Shown here piece after piece: positions 32,193 to 39,388 of a stretch of DNA of 39,388 nucleotides. Source of the DNA: Nanobdellota archaeon. GTDB taxonomy: Archaea > Nanobdellota > Nanobdellia > Pacearchaeales > GW2011-AR1. Location of the stretch: positions 1-39,388 of the forward strand of contig JBBSYK010000020.1 of NCBI GenBank assembly GCA_038045285.1, given 5' to 3'. Numbering within the stretch: position 1 is the first letter of the stretch; each line of letters starts with the position of its first letter. The position numbers were made by a program, and so were the translations under genes. The notes under the pieces were generated by a model that worked only from the letters and a program-made list of their open reading frames with translations, did no database searches and was not told where the DNA came from.

Positions 32193-33377
32193 ATGTACCA
32201 AAAAACTAAAGAACTAGAATTAGAAACTCTTTTTGTTCATGGAGGCGAGCATCCTGATCCTTTAACTGGCGCACTTGCGCCCGTACTCATTCGGAGTAAA
32301 ACTTACAAGCAGCCTGAATTTGGAAAGAAAGCCAGATGGGAATATGCGCGCGGACAAAATCCTACTCGCTCGTTGTTGGAAGAAAAGTTAGCTGCACTAG
32401 AAGGGAGAGGTTATGCAAGTGTTTTTTCTTCAGGTCTCGCTGCAGAAACTATGATATTTATGACGCTCTTACCTGGAGATAACATTATAATCCCCAAGGA
32501 AGTATACGGAGGCACATTACGTTTATTCAACAATATCTTTGTTCCTTACGGAATTAATTATTCTCAGACAGATTTTTCTTCAGAGAATAATATAGAACAA
32601 GCGATCATGCCAAAAACAAAATATATGTTTATCGAAGCGCTGACAAATCCCTCATTAAATGTTATTGATTTATCTCTAATGCAAAAAGTTTCAGAAAAAA
32701 CCTCTATTCCTTTCATTGCAGATATGACATTCTCCCCTACCTGCTCAATAAGAGCCTTTGAATATGGAGCAAAAGCTATTGTGCAAAGTTTAAGCAAATA
32801 TATCTCAGGGCATAATGACGTAATTGGAGGAGCGATTATTACAGAAGACCCTATTCTTAACGAAAAACTTAAATTTCTGCAAAAAACAGTTGGCGCAATT
32901 CTGTCTCCTGACGAGTGTTATCGAACTATTCAGGGAATTAAAACCCTGCACTTGAGATGGGATTATGTTAGCAAAAGCGCATTAGAAGTTGCACAATATC
33001 TTGAAAGTCATGAAAAAGTTGCCCGCGTTCTTTATCCGGGATTGTCTAGCCATCCTTCGCATAAGATTGCACAAAAGCAGATGAAAAACAGCTTTGGTGG
33101 CGTGCTTTCATTCGAGCTCGCTCCAATGAAAGCTGAGTCTATGTTAAAAGCATTTGTTGATGCTGTCCAAGCAAGAAACACAATTACTTATGGAGAAAGC
33201 CTTGCAAGTCCTGAAACCCTGCTCGCTTATCCCTGTACTATGAGCCATGGCTCTCTTTCAGATAAAGAAAAAGAAACTTGCGGCATCTCAAAACGTTTCT
33301 TCAGGCTCTCGCTCGGCTTTGAATCGCCACGTGATATCATCGCAGACCTCGAACAAGCTCTGCAACTTATTTCTTAA
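32193..33377 (+). CDS. Cys/Met-metabolism PLP enzyme (cystathionine gamma-synthase/beta-lyase family)
   Basis: PLP-lysine context QSLSKYISGHNDVIGG; N-terminal TLFVHGG...; family-typical length (394 aa). Confidence 0.85.
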   Translation: MYQKTKELELETLFVHGGEHPDPLTGALAPVLIRSKTYKQPEFGKKARWEYARGQNPTRSLLEEKLAALEGRGYASVFSSGLAAETMIFMTLLPGDNIIIPKEVYGGTLRLFNNIFVPYGINYSQTDFSSENNIEQAIMPKTKYMFIEALTNPSLNVIDLSLMQKVSEKTSIPFIADMTFSPTCSIRAFEYGAKAIVQSLSKYISGHNDVIGGAIITEDPILNEKLKFLQKTVGAILSPDECYRTIQGIKTLHLRWDYVSKSALEVAQYLESHEKVARVLYPGLSSHPSHKIAQKQMKNSFGGVLSFELAPMKAESMLKAFVDAVQARNTITYGESLASPETLLAYPCTMSHGSLSDKEKETCGISKRFFRLSLGFESPRDIIADLEQALQLIS

Positions 33378-33478
33378 TGAAAGTAATATAAATTACTAAC
33401 ACAATTGTCCTATTTTAATATTCCAATAGGAATATTTTTATCACAAAAATATTTATATAAGAAATAATTATATGATGT

Positions 33479-33640
33479 ATGAACACTACACAATTTGAAG
33501 ATGAGATTGAAGACATTTATCAATTAAATGGACCAGTAGAACATAAAACCTTGACATTGAATTCCATTCTTTGGCAATTCAGAAGGGAAAGAGTTGAAGT
33601 TTTTACAGAAGAAGAGGTTCTTCTCAATTCTGAGATTTAA
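33479..33640 (+). CDS. Possible 53-aa small acidic protein (below the ORF-track cutoff)
   Basis: ATG...TAA read by hand: MNTTQFEDEIEDIYQLNGPVEHKTLTLNSILWQFRRERVEVFTEEEVLLNSEI. ATATTTATATAA lies upstream. No homology evidence. Confidence 0.2.
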   Translation: MNTTQFEDEIEDIYQLNGPVEHKTLTLNSILWQFRRERVEVFTEEEVLLNSEI

Positions 33641-33657
33641 TAACAGAAAAAATAATA

Positions 33658-36600
33658 TCAATATCCCCTCCACTTTCTAAATCTAAGAATTCTTTTAATA
33701 ATGAAAAATGCAATCACGCCAAAGATTATAATTGTAGAAACAATATATAAAAGAGGTCTGTTTATATTGTCGAGTAAAGCGAAACCAGTAACAAACTGAG
33801 AACTATCATAGACAAAAAACTCTTCAACGAAGTTAATATCTGCTCCTGCTTTCTTGGCTGCAACTTTTAACAGCTCATTTCTTGCCTTCGAAACATCTAA
33901 AATAACTGAAAAATTCTTTTCCTCAAGATCTATATCATAACTATCTTCTTTTTCTGAGATAACTTCTCCATCTTCATTTGTAACCATAAATAAAATTCTC
34001 TCTCTAGAATCAGTTTTTCCGGTAATACTAAAATTAACCGTAAGCTCGTTTTTTGTCAATAGAGTCATTTCTTTTATATTAATAAAGAAACCATGTGGTA
34101 TTACTATCGCTTCAAATGACAAGTCAGCATTTTTCTCCAGGCACTCAAGTCTTAGTTGGACACTATAATTTGTCGTTGCATTAATAGGTGCTTGTAATCT
34201 GAATAAATAATCAGCTATCTCTCCAATATTAATATTCTTCAAATCATCTGATTCTATCCAATTGAGGTATTCACCAATCCCAATAAGTTTGCATTTATTC
34301 AAGAAAGTCTTGCCAGTATTTTTTACACTAAGTTCAAGTATCTTAACCTCTCCTGGATAAATTAGGACATCATCAAGCTTTGAGAATTCAATATTTTTCT
34401 CTTCAGAAACTTTTTTATTTATTATTATGCCGCTTCCTCCCCCGCCAGAACTCTCGCTAGATCCTCCACCACCCCCTCCACCACCTCCCCCGCCAGAACT
34501 CTGTGGACTGACAATAATTGCTCTGCTCTGACTTCCATCAGTATAATTCTCATCGCCAGCAAAATACGCAGTTACAGTATGATTTCCAACAGTGGAAAAT
34601 AATTTAGATATATACAATGGAGTTAAACTGTAATTAATAGATTCTCCATTAATAGTTAAATTTATCTCTCCATTTGAAGGAGAATTCAATGTCGCATTGA
34701 TAGCAACTTCTCCTCCAGAACTAGGCAGGGTAACATCAGCCGCAATATCATTCAAAGTCAAATTAATTACTGGATTAGCCTTATTTACAGTTAAAGTTCC
34801 AGTTACGCTCGCGCTAGTATAATTTTGCGTCTGCGCAGAAGTACATGCATAATTATAAGAGCTCGACGCGAGAATTCCAGTATCTGGATTTGCAACAAAT
34901 GTATTATTTCTTGTCAATACAGTAGCAGATTCTACATTATTAGCAGAACAACTCACAGTTGTCGTTGTTCCATAATTAACTGTCCAGCTAGGAGTAATTG
35001 TAAAGAACAATGCAGCTACTGCTCTATCAACAGTGTAGTTTTGAAGAGGAGAAGACACTAAATTTCCAGAACTATCATTTGCCCACCATCTATAGCTATA
35101 GCTAGTAACAGCAAGTTTAGTGAAATTAATATAATACTCATTTCCATTTTTACTGATATTTCCCTTATTATAACTATAATTAACATTACTTATCTGGAAT
35201 ATGACTTCAGAAATTCCAATATTATCTGTCCAAGTAGCATTAAATTGATATACTTTTGTAGGAGAATAAATTGTTGGTGAAGTAGGTATGGCGCTTAAGT
35301 TAGAAAACTGTGGAGAATTCTGATCAACAACTGTAATAGTGTGAGTTTTATTTACAGTGCTATAATTTTGGCTTGTCAATATAGAAACTCTCCAAACTCT
35401 GTTTCCAAGAGTACTATAATTCTTTACTATAAATATAGAAGAGCTGTTTCCAACCAAAGCACTATTTTCATAAAGCTGAACTAATGCTCCCAGAGGCGAC
35501 AAAGACGAAGCATTGACATTAAAATTAGCACCAGCACTTACAGATATATCAGAATCAAATCCGTTTATAAGTAAGTTTAATTCTGGAGTTGCTTTTGTTA
35601 TATTTAGCAAGAAAGTTTTATTTACAGCGCTGTAATTCTGATTTCCACTAAACACGGCACTGTAATTATATAATCCAACAGCTAATATCAATATTTCAGA
35701 TAATAAATCGCTGTTGTTAGCCACAACAATTCCATTCTTTTTTAGTTCAATAATCAAATTAGAATCACTAATAATCGCAGTAATATTGCTAGTATTACCA
35801 TAAACTTGGCTTTGATTTCCTTCATTGCCGTTAATATATAGATTTAATTGAGGTATAGCCTTATTTATAGTAAGATTTCTACTGACACTTGCAGCACTAT
35901 AATTCTGCCCTCCGCTTGTATTAAAAACATAAACATAGATTCCAACTCCTAGAACACCTATATCAGATACTGTTTCTCCTGATCCAAGAGATAAATTATT
36001 CCTAAATAAATTATACGTTAAATCTCCCCCACCGATATTTCCATTAAATCCAGTTGTATTTGTCCCTGTTCCATAAGTAGTAGTCTTATTTGCAGGCGAG
36101 CCATCAATAACTAAATTTAAAGTCGGAGACGCTCTTGTCACGTTCAAAAACAATGTCCTTGAAGAACCGCTCACATTCTCGCTTTCTAGAATAATTGCCG
36201 TATAATTATAAATTCCAGCACCAAGAACATTAATTTCATTTCCACCAGCAATTAACTCTCCATTTTTGTATAAAGATGCACTGCCATTAAATCCAATAAT
36301 CGTTACATTAATTTGTGTTCCATAGGCAATAGACAAATTTTGATTTTTGTTTCCATTTATATAAATATCAACAGCGCTTCCTGTCTTTGTAACGTTAATA
36401 ATCTGTGTACTACTAGAATTTAAATTTCCAAATGAATCATTAGCGTACGATATCCAATAGAAAGTGCCAGCACCTATGCTCGTGTTAAACCCATATTTAT
36501 TGCTTGCTATTAAATACATGCTGTAGTTTCTATCGCTCCCAGAGAAATTACTCTCAAACCAAACTCTGCTTACTGAATTAGAATCACTCCAGCTAACATT

Positions 36601-38325
36601 AAACGATGATAAAACATTTTCAGAGTAAACTGCAGGATTTCCAGATTGAATGTTGCTCCATGAAGGAGGAGTGCTGTCAATTGAAAAAGATATGCTGCTA
36701 AAGTTTACATTTCCAGCAGAGTCATTTGCATAAATTTGCAGCGCATGGCTTCCCTCGCTTAATCCAACAATGCTTGCCGTAGAACATCCAAGGAGAGTAG
36801 CTGCAGGACTTTCGTCTAATACATACCAACATTTATCTATTGCATTATCATCGCTCGCCGTATAATTGAGAAATACAATTGAAGAAGTATAGGTCTTATT
36901 TTCAGGGCTAATAATATTAATAGTTGGAGGAATAGTATCGAGAAGAGCATAGTTAATGCTAACATTAAACAAACTAGCCGTCAAATCAGCCTCCTGGGTT
37001 GAAAAGTAAATTTTATACTGGAAATATCTTCCAGTTAGATTAATGTTATTAGATAAATTATAGAAGTAGCTGTTAGAAGTTCCATTTTCTCCGACAAATT
37101 CTTCGTTAGTGCACAAAGAAGAACAGTTTCTAACTTGAAAACTGATGTTAGTCCTTAACAAAAGTGCAGTCATTCCTCTAGCAGCCCCATTACCGCCGTT
37201 ATAAGAATCATTTACTTGCGTCCACGTTGTGCCGTTATTACTAGATCTAAACACTATCCCTTGTGATTGACCAGCAATTACATATAAATTATTTAAAGAA
37301 TCCCCGGCCCCAGCAAACAAATCATTGCTGGCAAAAGTGTTATTAACTTTTATCCAGCTAACTCCGGAATTAGAAGATTTCCATACTTCTTTGTTCGAGT
37401 TAGCAATAATGTATAAATTCGCTGATGCATCTGAAAACATATCTTGTGTATCTCCTGTTCTGCCATAACTAGAATTCTTTAAAATCCAAGTAGCTCCAGA
37501 ATTAGAAGAACTATAAACTTTTCCTTGTGCATCTACTGCGAAAACAACATTGCTTTTGTTGATAGTCATTCCTCTAGCAGCCCCATTACCGCCGTTATAA
37601 GAATCATTTACTTGCGTCCACGTTGTGCCGTTATTACTAGATCTAAACACTATCCCTTGTGATTGACCAGCAATTACATATAAATTATTTAAAGAATCCC
37701 CGGCCCCAGCAAACAAATCATTGCTGGCAAAAGTGTTATTAACTTTTATCCAGCTAACTCCGGAATTAGAAGATTTCCATACTTCTTTGTTCGAGTTAGC
37801 AATAATGTATAAATTCGCTGATGCATCTGAAAACATATCTTGTGTATCTCCTGTTCTGCCATAACTAGAATTCTTTAAAATCCAAGTAGCTCCAGAATTA
37901 GAAGAACTATAAACTTTTCCTTGTGCATCCACCGCTAATAAATATTCTTTCTTAGGTAGAAAACCATTCCAGCTTAGATTTGTCCATCTGGAAAGCGAAT
38001 TAGCATCGAATATTCTGCTGGTAAATGTTCCAGTGAGATTACCATTAACTAGAATAACAGCACTGCCATTATATGTAGTATTAGTATAGGTGCCGTTATT
38101 AAAATCTCCCTGAGTTGCATCATAAAATTGTAATGCGTTAGCAAAGAAAATTGAAAAAATTATCATTAAAAACATACAAACAGCATATTTATTTTTGTTT
38201 TTTAGAGTTGATCTCATAATTATTTCTATTTTTTTAGACAGCATAATAGCATTTTCTTCACAATACTTTCTAAAAGTGTCATATATTTTAGAATCAATAC
38301 TCAAAGTCACCTTCTTTTTAGTCAT
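33658..38325 (-). CDS. Giant (1555 aa) sequon-rich cell-surface protein: RHH-like N-terminus, TM/signal, BNR (Asp-box-like) propeller repeats, tandem Ig-like modules, Gly-run linker, C-terminal domain and TM anchor
   Basis: Asp-box-like SSNSGATW / SSNSGVSW / SSNNGTTW. Recurrent module starts such as LNVTRASPTLNLVIDG, LTINKAIPQLNLYING, LNITKATPELNLLING and LTVNKANPVINLTLND. Very many NxS/T sequons. GGGGGGGGGGG linker. C-terminal LLYIVSTIIIFGVIAFFII + KRILRFRKWRGY. Confidence 0.85.
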   Translation of the reverse strand: MTKKKVTLSIDSKIYDTFRKYCEENAIMLSKKIEIIMRSTLKNKNKYAVCMFLMIIFSIFFANALQFYDATQGDFNNGTYTNTTYNGSAVILVNGNLTGTFTSRIFDANSLSRWTNLSWNGFLPKKEYLLAVDAQGKVYSSSNSGATWILKNSSYGRTGDTQDMFSDASANLYIIANSNKEVWKSSNSGVSWIKVNNTFASNDLFAGAGDSLNNLYVIAGQSQGIVFRSSNNGTTWTQVNDSYNGGNGAARGMTINKSNVVFAVDAQGKVYSSSNSGATWILKNSSYGRTGDTQDMFSDASANLYIIANSNKEVWKSSNSGVSWIKVNNTFASNDLFAGAGDSLNNLYVIAGQSQGIVFRSSNNGTTWTQVNDSYNGGNGAARGMTALLLRTNISFQVRNCSSLCTNEEFVGENGTSNSYFYNLSNNINLTGRYFQYKIYFSTQEADLTASLFNVSINYALLDTIPPTINIISPENKTYTSSIVFLNYTASDDNAIDKCWYVLDESPAATLLGCSTASIVGLSEGSHALQIYANDSAGNVNFSSISFSIDSTPPSWSNIQSGNPAVYSENVLSSFNVSWSDSNSVSRVWFESNFSGSDRNYSMYLIASNKYGFNTSIGAGTFYWISYANDSFGNLNSSSTQIINVTKTGSAVDIYINGNKNQNLSIAYGTQINVTIIGFNGSASLYKNGELIAGGNEINVLGAGIYNYTAIILESENVSGSSRTLFLNVTRASPTLNLVIDGSPANKTTTYGTGTNTTGFNGNIGGGDLTYNLFRNNLSLGSGETVSDIGVLGVGIYVYVFNTSGGQNYSAASVSRNLTINKAIPQLNLYINGNEGNQSQVYGNTSNITAIISDSNLIIELKKNGIVVANNSDLLSEILILAVGLYNYSAVFSGNQNYSAVNKTFLLNITKATPELNLLINGFDSDISVSAGANFNVNASSLSPLGALVQLYENSALVGNSSSIFIVKNYSTLGNRVWRVSILTSQNYSTVNKTHTITVVDQNSPQFSNLSAIPTSPTIYSPTKVYQFNATWTDNIGISEVIFQISNVNYSYNKGNISKNGNEYYINFTKLAVTSYSYRWWANDSSGNLVSSPLQNYTVDRAVAALFFTITPSWTVNYGTTTTVSCSANNVESATVLTRNNTFVANPDTGILASSSYNYACTSAQTQNYTSASVTGTLTVNKANPVINLTLNDIAADVTLPSSGGEVAINATLNSPSNGEINLTINGESINYSLTPLYISKLFSTVGNHTVTAYFAGDENYTDGSQSRAIIVSPQSSGGGGGGGGGGGSSESSGGGGSGIIINKKVSEEKNIEFSKLDDVLIYPGEVKILELSVKNTGKTFLNKCKLIGIGEYLNWIESDDLKNINIGEIADYLFRLQAPINATTNYSVQLRLECLEKNADLSFEAIVIPHGFFINIKEMTLLTKNELTVNFSITGKTDSRERILFMVTNEDGEVISEKEDSYDIDLEEKNFSVILDVSKARNELLKVAAKKAGADINFVEEFFVYDSSQFVTGFALLDNINRPLLYIVSTIIIFGVIAFFIIKRILRFRKWRGY
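34436..34501. repeat. 18-nt direct repeat (cctcccccgccagaactc) flanking the poly-Gly-coding GC-rich patch
   Basis: Copies at 34436-34453 and 34484-34501 (offset 48 nt). The 11 Gly are encoded with mixed codons. Confidence 0.7.
37168..37929. repeat. Tandem duplication: two 366-bp perfectly identical segments with a 396-bp period, inside the surface-protein gene
   Basis: 37168-37533 equals 37564-37929 base for base by my reading. Each segment encodes a 3-Asp-box unit (AVDAQGKVYSSSNSGATW...GNGAARGMT). Confidence 0.9.
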
Positions 38326-38347
38326 TACAAATAACTAATATTCCAAC

Positions 38348-38355
38348 CTTATAAA
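38348..38355 (-). promoter_or_regulatory. TATA box (TTTATAAG on the minus strand), 30 nt upstream of ATG 38325
   Basis: Read directly from the sequence. Supports use of the upstream ATG, which includes the RHH-like segment. Confidence 0.4.
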
Positions 38356-38488
38356 CTTTTCTTTTTCTATATTTCTGCTTATTTCTCTATAATCCCATAT
38401 ATTTCTCTGTAAATATATGGATGTATAATTATGTTGAGTTAAAGTAGAAATATCAGGCTAATATTTCTTTGACAAATCATCAAAATTA

Positions 38489-39202
38489 TTAGCGTCGTCC
38501 GTTTTTCTTAAGAAGCACAATTCCTTTATTGGTTATTTGCATAGGCACTGGCCCTCTCATATGATTTGTTCTTCGCATCTTTACAATTCTTATAGCCCTA
38601 TCAGATACGCCTCCAAGGCCAGAAGAATGTAAATGAACTAAACTATCGCTAAGAAACTTAACATGATTAATACCATCATCAGCAGAAGACACTATTCCTA
38701 TCTCTTCTACATCACCAGTAGTAGTCTCAGCAGACAATAAAGTGGTAACATCAAATCTTTTCAAAAGAGAAGTCATATCAACTAACATCATTCTAATTTT
38801 AGAATCTTTCTCTTCAGATTTTCCAAAAAGATTAACAGGATCAAAACAAATTCTTTTAACATCATATCTTGCTATTAAAAAAGTGAGTTCTTTTTTTAAT
38901 TCGCTCAAAGTAGTATAAGGAGATATTTTTACAATTTTAATTTCATTATTTTTATCATGTTCTTCAATAGTTAATCCAACTTTAAGCCCATCTTTATACA
39001 ATTCCTGAACATCCTCTTCAAAACTGACATATACTCCATTTTCTTTATAGAGGGTTACTCCATTATATAGAAATTGTAAAAGAAAAATTGTTTTCCCGCT
39101 TCCAGGTCCTCCAACAATGCAATTAACACTATTTCTCACAAAACCTCCTTCACAAAGATCATCAAAGCCTTCAATTCCTGAATGACAACGTTCACTATCC
39201 AT
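38489..39202 (-). CDS. Single-domain KaiC/RecA-superfamily ATPase (archaeal KaiC-like)
   Basis: GIEGFDDLCEGGF...IVGGPGSGKTIFLLQFL (Walker A), Walker B-like VKRICFDPV, SD-like AGAGGA upstream. Confidence 0.85.
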   Translation of the reverse strand: MDSERCHSGIEGFDDLCEGGFVRNSVNCIVGGPGSGKTIFLLQFLYNGVTLYKENGVYVSFEEDVQELYKDGLKVGLTIEEHDKNNEIKIVKISPYTTLSELKKELTFLIARYDVKRICFDPVNLFGKSEEKDSKIRMMLVDMTSLLKRFDVTTLLSAETTTGDVEEIGIVSSADDGINHVKFLSDSLVHLHSSGLGGVSDRAIRIVKMRRTNHMRGPVPMQITNKGIVLLKKNGRR

Positions 39203-39388
39203 ATTATCCTCTTTAATTTAAACTTTCTCTCCGAAATACAATATATACTTTGACCTATATAAATTTATGCATGTCTTGAGCTGTAAAGTTAACGGCACCC
39301 AATAGTCAAGTTTTTAAATTTTGGGTGTTAGATGGCTTTGCGTACATATTATCTAATCTTATTGAAATAAGATAATCTTGCTCTATTG

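Noticed and set aside
34436-34501. The poly-Gly run considered as a homopolymer sequencing artefact.
   Set aside because: The 11 glycines use mixed codons (ggc/ggg/gga/ggt) rather than a simple homopolymer, and the frame is maintained. It is more likely a real flexible linker. It is reported under the surface-protein finding.
1356-35061. About 30 short ORFs (60-144 aa) from the six-frame track that lie inside, and mostly antisense to, longer well-supported CDSs. Examples: 1356-1607, 2577-2780, 3001-3204, 3877-4191, 4262-4489, 5719-6060, 7178-7402, 7934-8161, 9308-9511, 12310-12522, 13283-13501, 16108-16323, 16450-16632, 17724-18158, 18813-19001, 19859-20083, 20441-20638, 21557-21799, 22707-22901, 23236-23421, 23378-23596, 23598-23828, 23626-23817, 23851-24036, 24017-24241, 26844-27059, 29730-29936, 32564-32797 and 34825-35061.
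   Set aside because: Each is fully or largely embedded in a longer ORF with clear family motifs. Their translations are low-complexity, Leu/Phe/Ile/Ser-rich sequences typical of the antisense frames of AT-rich genes, and none shows a recognisable motif.
18511-39335. The recurrent motif CCACCCAA / CACCCAATAG, at 18511-18522, 24687-24696, 24840-24849 and 39297-39306, with an inverted ttgggtg at about 39328.
   Set aside because: The core is only 7-10 nt, and one further copy lies inside the tkt coding region (about 27632). That is too short to separate from chance without genome-wide statistics.

Overview
This 39.4-kb window is AT-rich (about 30% GC by eye, not computed). It reads as part of a small-genome archaeon, probably DPANN-like. 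That inference rests on prefoldin alpha, an archaeal-type RNase J, an archaeal NMNAT-fold enzyme, a single-domain KaiC-like ATPase, and TATA-like boxes fixed 29-30 nt upstream of many ATGs (leaderless mRNAs). CDS coordinates include the stop codon, as in the ORF track.

Layout:
(1) 1-14.1 kb: surface-glycan / nucleotide-sugar cluster. It holds several SDR epimerase/reductases, a Gmd/Rmd-like enzyme, a DegT-family enzyme with His in place of the PLP lysine (ColD-like), RmlC/RmlD-like proteins, two GT2 glycosyltransferases, a carbamoyltransferase and a SAM methyltransferase.
(2) 14.1-18.2 kb: a vapBC-like toxin-antitoxin pair plus a PIN fragment, a PfkB kinase, a 2-hydroxyacid dehydrogenase and PRPP synthetase.
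(3) 18.45-24.74 kb: the best candidate for an undescribed system. Nine tightly overlapping genes form a nucleotide-centric operon: 2 SAM methyltransferases, a TrxR-fold flavoprotein without CxxC, 2 SPOUT methyltransferases, an HFCD-flavoprotein::class II aldolase fusion, a LOG/SLOG protein, an NMNAT-fold nucleotidyltransferase and a Nudix hydrolase. The operon is bracketed by 120-150 bp degenerate inverted repeats built from five collinear modules, with arrays of perfect mini-hairpins just inside. No recombinase or transposase is visible.
(4) 25-33.4 kb: housekeeping genes (transketolase, prefoldin, HemK-like methyltransferase, RNase J, HtrA, a Cys/Met PLP enzyme). One methyltransferase carries an in-frame GC-rich palindromic insertion.
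(5) 33.7-38.3 kb: a 1555-aa sequon-rich surface protein with a perfect 366-bp tandem duplication and an RHH-like N-terminus, followed by a KaiC-like ATPase.

A MITE-like two-hairpin palindromic element occurs at least twice. I found no rRNA, tRNA or CRISPR. All family calls are by-eye motif recognition, and no searches were run.
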